Source of the DNA: a virus
Taxonomy: Duplodnaviria > Caudoviricetes
Reading direction: 5' to 3' (one strand)
DNA: 55,202 nt
IMG/VR virus record: IMGVR_UViG_3300041809_002179
Span: 1 to 55,202 of that record
The notes below the pieces were generated by a model. It saw only the letters and a program-made list of their open reading frames with translations. It did no database searches and was not told the DNA's origin. This document shows, piece after piece, positions 17,779-27,222 of this stretch; the first letter of the stretch is position 1; each line of letters begins with the position of its first letter. The position numbers and the translations under genes are program-made.

Positions 17779-18726
17779 ATGGCCGTGCCCACATTCAAGG
17801 ACGAGCTAGACGATCTGCCAATTAATGCTGCTGCCGCCACCCCGGTAGCAACCGCTGAGCCTGCCACTGCAACAACGGCTGCTCCCGCACAGCCAACAGT
17901 CGTTCATGTTGTTGAAGAAGAAGATGACGACAAGGCTGGAATGAAGCCAGCAAAGGCCGCTGAAGACGAAGAAGATTTGTCGGTTGATTGGGGTGACAAG
18001 GAACTGATGAAACGGGGTGATGGCCTCGATCGTCTGCGCCCGGAAAAGGGCAAGGCGGTGCGCTTCGCCATACTTGGCGAGTACATCAAGGCGCATATGT
18101 CGTACACGCACTTCATCGATAAGAAAGGCACCTATCGCTGTTTAGTGGACAAAATCAAGCGGGCCAATCCCAAAAGGTGCATGGTTTGCAAGGGAGTCGT
18201 TGTCACAGACGATGCGAACCCGAAAAAGACTTGCACTTGTGCCGTTCCCTCTCCTGGCAATCCGGATGCTACCGGCTATTGCTGCAAGAAATTGAAGGAG
18301 AACTCCGAACCCACGATCGTTGTGTTGGTTGTCCACTACAAGAATGCGGATCCAACTGAAGGCGGTTTGGAGAAGGGTGTTGCCATTGACTGGGACATCA
18401 AGTATGTCCAGTTAACCAAGGCCAACTTCCAGGCGATTACGCGGTTGCCCGAAGAAGAGCAGACCGTAAACGACGTGGACATCGTTATGATGCATGCAAA
18501 CCGAGCATTCGGTTACGAATTCCACAAGAAGTCAGCCAAGGCGCGTTGGAAGACCAATCCGGCTTGGATCGCTGAAGTAACCGAAAAGGTGAAACCTCTC
18601 CTGGATGGTAAGAAACTGGACGGCAAGTTGGGCCGCAAGGTCACCGACTTGGAAATGAAGGCATTGATTTCTTCGCTCGCAGCTGGCTCAGAAGATGCCA
18701 AGCTGGGGGACGTGGAGAGCCTCTAA
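17779..18726 (+). CDS. Probable single-stranded DNA-binding protein (gp32-like)
   Basis: Acidic N-terminus, RLRPEKGKAVRF...THF...YRC, Cys-rich insert, replication context, strong SD. Confidence 0.55.
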   Translation: MAVPTFKDELDDLPINAAAATPVATAEPATATTAAPAQPTVVHVVEEEDDDKAGMKPAKAAEDEEDLSVDWGDKELMKRGDGLDRLRPEKGKAVRFAILGEYIKAHMSYTHFIDKKGTYRCLVDKIKRANPKRCMVCKGVVVTDDANPKKTCTCAVPSPGNPDATGYCCKKLKENSEPTIVVLVVHYKNADPTEGGLEKGVAIDWDIKYVQLTKANFQAITRLPEEEQTVNDVDIVMMHANRAFGYEFHKKSAKARWKTNPAWIAEVTEKVKPLLDGKKLDGKLGRKVTDLEMKALISSLAAGSEDAKLGDVESL

Positions 18727-18786
18727 AACCCGACCTCCCTCCTTGGAATATGAGGGAGTCGCCCAAACGACTCCCTCAAGAGGCTT

Positions 18787-19182
18787 ATGGAAGACCAAAT
18801 CTACGTTGACGTCGTACTGTGTGACCGTAAGGGTCGTTTCCTGTTGCAACATCATCCCCGCAGTCAGATGAAGCCCTGGCGATTCCCGGGTGGCAAACCG
18901 GAGCCAGGAGAAACTTTGATTGGAGCTGCTGCTCGCGAAGCAAAAGAGGAGCTGGGCATCGAGCCTTTGTCCCTTGTATACATCGGAAAGAAAGAATCGG
19001 TCGTTGAAAGTGGGACTTGGACCGGTTATATGTTTTTGTGTGATCGTTACATTGGTCGGCCTCGTATAGTAGAGAAGACCAAGCATGATATGTTAGAGTG
19101 GATTCCGATTGAGAATATTGTGTCCGAACCAGAGCGTACTTTTGCTTTGCAAGTTCTCGGAGGACAGGTGGACGGATTCTGA
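18787..19182 (+). CDS. Nudix hydrolase
   Basis: GGKPEPGETLIGAAAREAKEELGI Nudix box. Confidence 0.95.
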   Translation: MEDQIYVDVVLCDRKGRFLLQHHPRSQMKPWRFPGGKPEPGETLIGAAAREAKEELGIEPLSLVYIGKKESVVESGTWTGYMFLCDRYIGRPRIVEKTKHDMLEWIPIENIVSEPERTFALQVLGGQVDGF

Positions 19183-19910
19183 TGCTCATTCTAGGTAAGG
19201 ACTACGAAACTACCGGCCTAGATCCCACAGTAAATTCCATAACAGAAGTTGGCTTGGTCCTTTGGGAAACAGACCTTCATGCGCCGGTAAAGGTGATGGG
19301 TTTTTTGGTTGACCCCGGCCCGGATGCCGTCTGGGATAAATGCATCGGCGACATGACAGGTATCACGCCGGAACTCTGCGCCAAATATGGCTACCCGAGC
19401 GAGCGAGCATTGAAACAAGTTCTGTCTTGGTATCAAATGGCCGACGTAGCTTGTGCCCACAATGGTGCAAAATTCGACCGCCCTTTCTTTAATAACTGGT
19501 GTAAACGTCACAATTATGATAGCGACCCAGCTAAACTCTGGATCGACACCAATACAGATATTGAACTCCCCTTCCCGGAGAAAATGAGTCGCAAGCTGAC
19601 TTACATGGCTGCAGACCATGCTTTTCTGAATCCTTTTCCCCACCGTGCTGTGTTTGACGTTATGACCATGCTACGCATACTAGACCAGTATGATTTGGAG
19701 CGAGTTCTTTTCTTGGCTAAACAACCGACGGTGGATATTCAGGCGCTTGTCTCTTACGACGATCGAGATCTGGCTAAGCAGCGGGGTTATCGCTGGCAAG
19801 ATAATCCTTTTGAGCCAAATGGCAAAAAGATCTGGATGCAAACCATCAAACAGTGCTTCTTAGAAAAAGAGATGGAAACTGCGGGTTTCCCAATTAAGGT
19901 TCTTACTTAA
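19182..19910 (+). CDS. DEDDh 3'-5' exonuclease (DnaQ/epsilon-like)
   Basis: DYETTG, AHNGAKFD, HRAVFD. Confidence 0.9.
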   Translation: MLILGKDYETTGLDPTVNSITEVGLVLWETDLHAPVKVMGFLVDPGPDAVWDKCIGDMTGITPELCAKYGYPSERALKQVLSWYQMADVACAHNGAKFDRPFFNNWCKRHNYDSDPAKLWIDTNTDIELPFPEKMSRKLTYMAADHAFLNPFPHRAVFDVMTMLRILDQYDLERVLFLAKQPTVDIQALVSYDDRDLAKQRGYRWQDNPFEPNGKKIWMQTIKQCFLEKEMETAGFPIKVLT

Positions 19911-20014
19911 AGAATCGACTTTCTCATCTCTAGATAGAATCACCCGAGCAGAGGGCTACGAAAGTAGACGGGAAATTCACGGCGGAATGCTCTGACTAAC
20001 GCTGGGAGAAGTTC

Positions 20015-20743
20015 ATGAAATATCTTCTTCTACGTTTCCTCGCTGGCGTCCTCATCTTCTCTCTGACAATCTCAGCTGAATTCCTGGTTTACAGAAAAGT
20101 TGAGCGCCGTACTCAACATCGTGCTACACATCTCATCTTGGTGATCAAGAGGTTTATCAACGAGAAGGGGAAGTTCGATTACGACTTGGGGAGTTGCACT
20201 GCGACTGCCATTGGCCCGCACACTTTGCTCACCGCTGGTCATTGTGATGACTACCATGTCGACAAGATTTATCTTGACGAAACTTACTTGCCATTCGTCG
20301 TGACCGACAAGGCGACCTCGTACCAGATCACTAAGAAAATTTTTGATGGCCAAGACCACATGCTTCTAGACATCGCGGGGGTGTATTTTCCATATTACGT
20401 TACTCTCCACTCAGCCGTTCGGGTTCCACATCAGGAAGAGGGATTTTACTATTGGGGTGCTCCTAATGCGACTATGAATCAATATCGGGAAGGGTACTTC
20501 ATGGGGGAGAGTCCTTACAATGAAAGCGATAAAAGTAATGACGAGGACGAACAGCCGATCCGGGTTCGGGGACCACTTTACTTAACAGCTGGATCCTCAA
20601 TCCCTGGTGACAGCGGTTCAGCCATCTATAGCCAGTTTGATGGGCATCTTGTTGGAATAGTTTCCATTTCCTATTCTGAAACAGTATTTGGGACCTTTCC
20701 TATTCAGTTCACTAAGGCACAAATTCAAGAGGCATTGCAGTAA
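20015..20743 (+). CDS. Trypsin-like serine protease with N-terminal membrane anchor
   Basis: LLTAGHC, GDSGS; hydrophobic N-terminus. Confidence 0.85.
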   Translation: MKYLLLRFLAGVLIFSLTISAEFLVYRKVERRTQHRATHLILVIKRFINEKGKFDYDLGSCTATAIGPHTLLTAGHCDDYHVDKIYLDETYLPFVVTDKATSYQITKKIFDGQDHMLLDIAGVYFPYYVTLHSAVRVPHQEEGFYYWGAPNATMNQYREGYFMGESPYNESDKSNDEDEQPIRVRGPLYLTAGSSIPGDSGSAIYSQFDGHLVGIVSISYSETVFGTFPIQFTKAQIQEALQ

Positions 20744-20759
20744 GGAGTATTGAAGCTGC

Positions 20760-21293
20760 ATGAGTAAAGTCTTCTTAGGAATAGATCCCGGACAAACGGG
20801 CTGTCTTGCAATGATTCAGCCCTTAACTTCCGGCCCAGCAATCATCCGCTTTTTTGATCCACCCCTTTTCCAAGTTAAAAGTGGAAAGAAAATAAAGAAT
20901 GAATACAATGAAATCCTTATGGCTCGGGCCTTAAAGGATTTTTCTTCCTACACCGCTGCGGGGGTATCAGAGGTTGTTTGCGTGTTGGAAAAAGTTTCCG
21001 CGATGCCGGATCAAGGTGTTGTCTCCATGTTCAATTTCGGAATGGGTTTCGGACTGTGGAGAGGAATGTTATCCGCCTTAGAGATCCCGTATTCCCTGGT
21101 TCACCCTGCTACTTGGAAGGCTGCTCTCATGAAAGACATGCCGAAGGAGAAGGACGCGGCCCGGTTGCGAGCCACCCAGTTGTATCCTCAAGCTGCTTCG
21201 GAACTTTCCCGAAAGAAAGATATAGGAAGAGCCGATGCCCTGTTGTTGGCTCATTATGGTATTTGGGCCTCTACACAGACATCCAGTATTTAG
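20760..21293 (+). CDS. ruvC: RuvC-like Holliday junction resolvase
   Basis: FLGIDPG, VLEKV, PATWK, GRADALLLA. Confidence 0.85.
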   Translation: MSKVFLGIDPGQTGCLAMIQPLTSGPAIIRFFDPPLFQVKSGKKIKNEYNEILMARALKDFSSYTAAGVSEVVCVLEKVSAMPDQGVVSMFNFGMGFGLWRGMLSALEIPYSLVHPATWKAALMKDMPKEKDAARLRATQLYPQAASELSRKKDIGRADALLLAHYGIWASTQTSSI

Positions 21294-21300
21294 GAGTGCT

Positions 21301-22587
21301 ATGCCACCAAAGAAAGCAGTTTCCAAAGAAGAAGAAAAGAAAGCGAAACATCCGCGAAACATGACCGCCGCCGAACGGCGCGAGACCTATCTGAAGGCCC
21401 AAAAAACCGAGAAGCCAGATTTTCACATCCTTCAAAGTGATGATGTGGAGGAATTGGTGCCCTATGGCATGATTGTTCTGGACAACGTTCTCGGGTTGCG
21501 AGGCATCGGACGCCGGGGCCGTGTTAGCCAAATACACGGCAATGAGGGAGCTGGCAAATCTACCCTGACTTACCAAATTGCTGCAAACTATCAGGAATTC
21601 TCGGGCGAACCGCTGGCCGATTACGACTTTGAACGAACCGGGACGGTGCCTTTCATACAACGTGTTGGTGTAGATCCTCGTTTTTGCCATTTTGAGCAGC
21701 CCGACTCCGTAGAAGCCTGCATAAAAGATGTCTGTCGCCGGATGCAACAAGGTATTCGTTTTTTCATCTTTGATTCTATCCCGCGTATGAAGTCTAAAGT
21801 TCCTATGGAAGATATCTTGAAGGGCAAGGCGTTTAAGGGGTTTGGCGCAAACCATGCCCGTAGCATGAGCATGTTCTTTGATTTGTTACTGCCCTGGGCA
21901 GCAGAGTACGACTGTCACTTTATGATGGTCAACCAGACCCGCGATCGCATTGAAGACTCAATGGATGCGCAGCAGGCTCAGAAATATCCTACGTTTACCA
22001 ATCTGCCTTACACTTTACCAGGTGGGCGTTGCTGCCGCTTCACTCCGTCGGTAATGATTGAGTTGAAGTTGATAAAGGCTATGCGTCCCTTCGCCGGCAA
22101 GGAGGGCGAAGATCCTTGGTTGGTTGAACCCTGCACTCCCGAAACTGAAGGTAAATTTGTTGTGAACCAAGTCCGGGCACGCACCTTGAAGAACAAAGTT
22201 ACTGGTATGGGGTACCGTGAAGGTCTACTTTATGTTCGCCCCGGCCAAGGTATTGATGACTGGATGAGCGTGCGCCAGTTGGCTTGTGATTACGGCTTGA
22301 TTGAATTTGTTAAGCCAAAGTGGATCGTAGGTAATGAGAAAGAAACCATAGCCACCTTTGAGAACAAGGGGCAGGCCATCCAGCACCTGGTTGCTGAACC
22401 TGACGAGGAGATCATGAAGCAGCTCAAGGCGATGACGGCCAAAATGATAGACTCGGATGAATCAGCTAAATTCGCCACAGCAGTCGATACGACCGAAAAG
22501 ACCTATCTTGAAGGCGAAGTCGCTATGGAACCGGGTGACGAAGTTGAGATGCCCAAAGGCAAGGTGTTTCAAATAGAAGAGGATTGA
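21301..22587 (+). CDS. recA: RecA/UvsX-like recombinase
   Basis: GNEGAGKST, DFE, IFDSI, VNQTRD, PGG, KNKV. Confidence 0.9.
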   Translation: MPPKKAVSKEEEKKAKHPRNMTAAERRETYLKAQKTEKPDFHILQSDDVEELVPYGMIVLDNVLGLRGIGRRGRVSQIHGNEGAGKSTLTYQIAANYQEFSGEPLADYDFERTGTVPFIQRVGVDPRFCHFEQPDSVEACIKDVCRRMQQGIRFFIFDSIPRMKSKVPMEDILKGKAFKGFGANHARSMSMFFDLLLPWAAEYDCHFMMVNQTRDRIEDSMDAQQAQKYPTFTNLPYTLPGGRCCRFTPSVMIELKLIKAMRPFAGKEGEDPWLVEPCTPETEGKFVVNQVRARTLKNKVTGMGYREGLLYVRPGQGIDDWMSVRQLACDYGLIEFVKPKWIVGNEKETIATFENKGQAIQHLVAEPDEEIMKQLKAMTAKMIDSDESAKFATAVDTTEKTYLEGEVAMEPGDEVEMPKGKVFQIEED

Positions 22588-22603
22588 TGTTTTGAAGGAA
22601 TTT

Positions 22604-23140
22604 ATGAGAACAGACAAGAAAGGCAAGAGCATCCAAGACCGGGTTGCTTTAGAGGGTCGTCGCAGTATGTGTGACGTGCTTGAAGTTTATCGCGACGGGG
22701 ATCGTTTGGTTTGCGGCTATTGCTATGGTATCGCTGACTCAGCAGCAAGAAGCTGTGACCAACAGAACTGTGGTTTTCATCTTCCAGAACCCGTGGAAGA
22801 TTATCGGGGTCCTATCAAAAAATGTCAAACCCCTGGCTGTGGAAGAGATTTTGAAACTGCACTGATGTCTGCCGCGAAGTTTGCTGCGACAGTTCCTAAC
22901 GACGGTCTCGTCGAAGTCGCCGTGACAACGCGGGTTAAACCGGAATTAAAACGAGCAATCGAGAAAGGACTTCCAGCCACAATTGGGTTTCATTCTGTAA
23001 AAGATGCCTCCAAGCCCATGGACATAGAGATCCCAGAAGAATACATGGAAGCGATTTTTATGAACATGAGGGCGAGAGGTATCGACACCCACGTGCAAAA
23101 ATGCGCGGGTTTGACCTTGGTTTGCCTTAGAACGGGATGA
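22604..23140 (+). CDS. Cys-rich hypothetical protein
   Basis: ORF between recA and the sbcC-like gene. Confidence 0.55.
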   Translation: MRTDKKGKSIQDRVALEGRRSMCDVLEVYRDGDRLVCGYCYGIADSAARSCDQQNCGFHLPEPVEDYRGPIKKCQTPGCGRDFETALMSAAKFAATVPNDGLVEVAVTTRVKPELKRAIEKGLPATIGFHSVKDASKPMDIEIPEEYMEAIFMNMRARGIDTHVQKCAGLTLVCLRTG

Positions 23141-24285
23141 ATTTCTCAGGTAGTAACTTCCAGATTTGGCCCGATTTCGATCTTGAAATCTCCGGGCTGA
23201 CCGTGATCGTCGGCCCTTCCAACAAGGGCAAAAGTGCCCTTTTCCGAGCACTAAAAGGTCTCATGCGCAATGAGCTTTCCGCCGCTTATGTGCGGAACGG
23301 CCAGAAATCACCGCTAGAGCTAACGACTAAGATAGACAATCACCTCGTGACGGCCATCCGCACCCGTGACGACTCCAGCGTTTACAGGATTGATGGCGAG
23401 AGATTCGCCAAGCTCAACCAAGCCATCCCTGACGACATCAAAAAACTAGGTTTTGGTGAGATTCAAGTCGGGGAATTTAGCGTCGACCCGATCTTTGCTA
23501 CCCAAAATGAACCACAATTTCTGTTGGATAAGAAAGCCTATGGGCCTTCCTTGTTGAATGCTGTCCTAGGGGCATTCGGTGGCACCGAGAAATTAGAATC
23601 AGGAAAGAAAGAAGCCAACCTTCGCGTCCGCCAGAAGAATGGAGAAGCCGATGCACTGTCTTACGAAATAGCTGATGCACACCGTCGCCGCGCTGCATTG
23701 GAAGTTCTGGCCCAAGAAGGCGATCAAATCAACGCGGAGATTCATGTGCTGGAGTCCTCAGCACGCCGTCTAGAAGCACGGGGTTACTGGATGAGTGAAG
23801 CCCACCAACGACGGCTTCGGCTCTCTCCAATGCTCGAGATCCTGGGATCTCTACTTATCCCAGAGACGGAAATAGTGGGGGATCTCCAGACTAAAGTAGA
23901 CAACTTGCGCCTGGCAGCAATAGCGCGGGGCCGATTGGAGAGTTTGGGAGATGTTGAACAATTTCTAGCCGACATTTCATCGTCTGGGTCATACGTGGTG
24001 GGGTTGTACAAGAAAGTTCGGGCGTTGCGTGAAGTTTCCCCGCTGGTAGAACTTCAAGAGGTTTCTACCGCTGAAGCGGATGCTAAGGAGTTGAATGCCA
24101 TAATTGGTCGTTTAGAAGATGTCCATTACGAAGCGATCAACCTGCAAGCAAGTATTAGGTACATCGGTAACGTGGTAACGTTACGTGCTCGGGTTGCGGA
24201 GTTGCAGCACGAACGATCTCACGTAGAAGCAGAGCAAGACGCGGCTTCCAAAATGAAATGCCCACAATGTGGCTTGGAGTTTTGA
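23137..24285 (+). CDS. SbcC/Rad50-like ATPase, N-terminal half ending at the zinc hook
   Basis: NFQ...GLTVIVGPSNKGKSA, Q-loop, coiled coil, terminal CPQCG. Confidence 0.85.
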   Translation: MNFSGSNFQIWPDFDLEISGLTVIVGPSNKGKSALFRALKGLMRNELSAAYVRNGQKSPLELTTKIDNHLVTAIRTRDDSSVYRIDGERFAKLNQAIPDDIKKLGFGEIQVGEFSVDPIFATQNEPQFLLDKKAYGPSLLNAVLGAFGGTEKLESGKKEANLRVRQKNGEADALSYEIADAHRRRAALEVLAQEGDQINAEIHVLESSARRLEARGYWMSEAHQRRLRLSPMLEILGSLLIPETEIVGDLQTKVDNLRLAAIARGRLESLGDVEQFLADISSSGSYVVGLYKKVRALREVSPLVELQEVSTAEADAKELNAIIGRLEDVHYEAINLQASIRYIGNVVTLRARVAELQHERSHVEAEQDAASKMKCPQCGLEF

Positions 24286-24414
24286 TGACTTACTACAAGA
24301 TTTGGAAATACCTGGTTGCGCAAGGATTGCCGAAAGGCAAGGCGCATTACGTGCGCAATATGATTCGCAAATTGGTGAAACATGCAAAGGTCGATGTGGC
24401 CATGGAGCGACACT

Positions 24415-24699
24415 ATGGCCGACCTTAAAGAAATCCAGGGCAAAGTCAAAGCACTCGCCGCCAAACGCGACCAGATCATTCGTGATCAGGGAATTGAAGA
24501 GCGTAGGCTGGAAGAGGCCTATGAGAAATTGCGTGAGCTCGGTATAGAAAAACCCGAGGATTTATCCGCTCAGGAGATACAAGACCTGGCGGATAAACTT
24601 CAGGCTGAGTTCGCCGAGAAACTCGCGGCTTTGGATATTCAGGTCAATCAAGGAGAAGCTTTAATGGCTAAGTATCAAGCAACACAGGAGAGTGCATAA
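24415..24699 (+). CDS. Small coiled-coil protein
   Basis: SD ggag; heptad-rich sequence. Confidence 0.65.
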   Translation: MADLKEIQGKVKALAAKRDQIIRDQGIEERRLEEAYEKLRELGIEKPEDLSAQEIQDLADKLQAEFAEKLAALDIQVNQGEALMAKYQATQESA

Positions 24700-25116
24700 A
24701 TGGGTAAATATGGGGACGGCCTACCGGTTCAAACGTTCGAAAGTTTCAAGAAGGCAATAGCGCAGAAGAACAGTGACGGTTCGTGGACCGTGCGGGTGTT
24801 TAGTTCTCCGGATCGATCGACGGATGTTCTGTTCCCTATGGATCCCTGGAATGAGAAGTTGGCCAGGGAATACGAGAAATTCAAGAATGAACAGTCTGGA
24901 CCAAACAGTCTGGAGACCAAGGCTGTGCTGGGAGATTTGCGGGGCATGGAAGCACATGACCGGCACGAGCAGTTGATGGAGAAGGCAACGCTGGTGCCGG
25001 ACACTGCAACTCGGAAACTGTTTTCATCCAACTTTCCGCTGGAGGGTTCGCCGAGCCGGGGCAGTGCGGATCGTAATTTGACCGACGAAGAACTGGGAGA
25101 CTTGGAAGGGAAATGA
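24700..25116 (+). CDS. Hypothetical protein
   Basis: SD aggag; 138 aa. Confidence 0.6.
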   Translation: MGKYGDGLPVQTFESFKKAIAQKNSDGSWTVRVFSSPDRSTDVLFPMDPWNEKLAREYEKFKNEQSGPNSLETKAVLGDLRGMEAHDRHEQLMEKATLVPDTATRKLFSSNFPLEGSPSRGSADRNLTDEELGDLEGK

Positions 25117-25607
25117 TCACAACTAGGCAATCTAAGGTTTGGGACCAACGCTTTATGGATATGGCCAAGTTGGTGTCTACTTGGAGCAAAGATCCTAGCA
25201 CCAAAGTGGGATGCATTGTAATTGGTCCAAAGCTCGAGATCAGAACCGTTGGGTACAACGGGATGCCTCGTGGAGTAAACGATGATTTGGAAGAGCGTTG
25301 TGTTCACCCATTAAAGGCTTGGTGGTGGGAGCACGCTGAGCGGAACGCTATTTACAACGCTTGCCGTATGGGGTTGACGTTGGAAGGTTGCACAATGTAC
25401 CTCAACGGTGATCATGGTTTCCCCTGCTCCGAATGTGCTCGTGCCATTGTGCAATCTGGAATTGAAGCGTTCGTAGGCCTCGCTCCGGATTTCAATAATC
25501 GGTATGGTGATTCCTACCGACAAACGATTTTAATGTGGCAAGAAGCGGGTGTTTCGTTCCGCAGTATCAAGTACGAAGGAGAAACTAAACATGGCAACCA
25601 TTCCTAG
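25113..25607 (+). CDS. dCMP deaminase
   Basis: SKDPSTKVG, GYNG, HAERNAI, PCSEC. Confidence 0.92.
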   Translation: MITTRQSKVWDQRFMDMAKLVSTWSKDPSTKVGCIVIGPKLEIRTVGYNGMPRGVNDDLEERCVHPLKAWWWEHAERNAIYNACRMGLTLEGCTMYLNGDHGFPCSECARAIVQSGIEAFVGLAPDFNNRYGDSYRQTILMWQEAGVSFRSIKYEGETKHGNHS

Positions 25608-25950
25608 GGATGTAGAAACCAACACAACAAACCGCGAAGAAGTTTACCGAGCTATAGATTCTGAGAGAGATTTCCAGGACAACTTCGTACTGCCGGAGCG
25701 CCGGTACTTCCGCACTCACACTTTGGGTGAATTTGTTCTGATGATCAATCAGTATGCGGCCCAGGCGATGAAAAGTTGGACTCACCACAGCGACGGCGAT
25801 TCGCCTGATGAATTCCCGCCTTCTCTCCACGAGGTTCGGAAGATTGCAGCATTGGCTGTTCGCTGTATGGAGCAGCATGGGGCACCCCACAGGAAAAGTC
25901 GACTAGAGCCGGTTGATGTTCCCTCCAACAAAGGGAAGATCGTAGCGTAA
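25591..25950 (+). CDS. All-alpha NTP-pyrophosphatase (MazG)-like small protein
   Basis: ERDFQD...EVRKIAALAVRCME helical pattern. Confidence 0.45.
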   Translation: MATIPRDVETNTTNREEVYRAIDSERDFQDNFVLPERRYFRTHTLGEFVLMINQYAAQAMKSWTHHSDGDSPDEFPPSLHEVRKIAALAVRCMEQHGAPHRKSRLEPVDVPSNKGKIVA

Positions 25951-25957
25951 AGGAACC

Positions 25958-26383
25958 TTGGGAAAACTCATCTATCTCGCAAGCCCGTACACTCACGACA
26001 ACTTTGCCGTGCGCGAAGCTCGTTTTCTGGAAGTTATTTTTTGCTGTGGTTGGATGATGAATCACGTCAAAGATACTTACTTCTATTCCCCTATAGCACA
26101 CACTCACCCTATCGCAATACGTTGCAAACTTCCAGGAGAATGGCAATTTTGGGCAGCGTTCGATGATTGCGTTATTTCGAAGTGCGACGCGATTTGGATC
26201 CTCTGTGTTCCTGGTTGGACTAAGTCCACTGGTGTGAAGGCGGAACGTAAACTGGCGGAGAAATATGGGCTGCCTTGTCGCTTCATTGTTCTACACCCAG
26301 AACATCCTGTAGAATCGGACTTGCGGTATGAAGTTGTTGACGCCGAACCCGAGGATACTTATGTGCCGCAATATTTTTCCTGA
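25958..26383 (+). CDS. DUF1937 / nucleoside deoxyribosyltransferase-like protein
   Basis: IYLASPY, YSPIAHTH, GWTKSTGVKAE. Confidence 0.8.
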   Translation: MGKLIYLASPYTHDNFAVREARFLEVIFCCGWMMNHVKDTYFYSPIAHTHPIAIRCKLPGEWQFWAAFDDCVISKCDAIWILCVPGWTKSTGVKAERKLAEKYGLPCRFIVLHPEHPVESDLRYEVVDAEPEDTYVPQYFS

Positions 26384-26580
26384 ACAACATCGGTTGAGAA
26401 TTCCCTTGCACGTTGTAAAGCGACTTCTAGAAGAGCACATAGCAGCCACTAGCGCACTCATTACCCATTATGATAGCTGCAAGGAATGCACTTTAGAAAA
26501 TTTTTGCAAGATAGCAGTTCCCTTGTACGAGATTTGGCAAACGGCAAAGATGCGTGCGCGTCTTTGTCCACAAGACACTT

Positions 26581-27222
26581 ATGTCGATGAAGATCCTAGT
26601 AGCAATCCCGACTTGCCACAAGAATGCCCTTTTAGTCCGAGCCTGTAAAGAGACTTGGGTAAACGAATGGAGCCATTTGGTGGACATTCGGTTTTTCTTT
26701 GGGCGGCCTACCTTCTTCCCCTGCACTCCATTGGAAATTTCTTTAGATGTTGATGACGGTTACAAACAACTTCCTCTGAAAGTTCTGGCCATGTATCGTT
26801 GGATTCTAGACAATGGTTATGACCGGGTTTTTAAGTGTGACGATGATACATACGTCCACATTCCAAGGCTTCTGTCCTGTGGTAAAGATGAATTTGACTT
26901 TGTAGGACGCCCAGATTTAGCCAGTCGTTACACTCACTGGATGCAGGGCGGGGCGGGCTATTGGCTTTCCCGTAAGGCGATGGAATACTTGGTCAATCTT
27001 CCTTTAGATTATTGGAAAAGCCACTGGGCTGAAGACCGTCTGGTGGGCATCGCGATGTACAAAAGCGGATTGAGCGTCAGCAATGATCGTCGCCTGTTTG
27101 ATGCTCCCTGGGTTTGCTATCCTTCTACCCCTGCACCCGGCAATAACAGCATCACAGCACATAAATGCGATGTAGCGAGACACCACGCGATTCACCAGGC
27201 ATTTGCGAGTATTAAACCCTAA
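26581..27222 (+). CDS. GT-A glycosyltransferase, GT31/Fringe-like
   Basis: LPLKV, FKCDDDTYV, GGAGYWLSR, WAEDRLVG. Confidence 0.8.
   Translation: MSMKILVAIPTCHKNALLVRACKETWVNEWSHLVDIRFFFGRPTFFPCTPLEISLDVDDGYKQLPLKVLAMYRWILDNGYDRVFKCDDDTYVHIPRLLSCGKDEFDFVGRPDLASRYTHWMQGGAGYWLSRKAMEYLVNLPLDYWKSHWAEDRLVGIAMYKSGLSVSNDRRLFDAPWVCYPSTPAPGNNSITAHKCDVARHHAIHQAFASIKP

Noticed and set aside
19944-20000. c-di-GMP riboswitch or hammerhead ribozyme
   Set aside because: A GAAA tetraloop is present but the core consensus nucleotides are not
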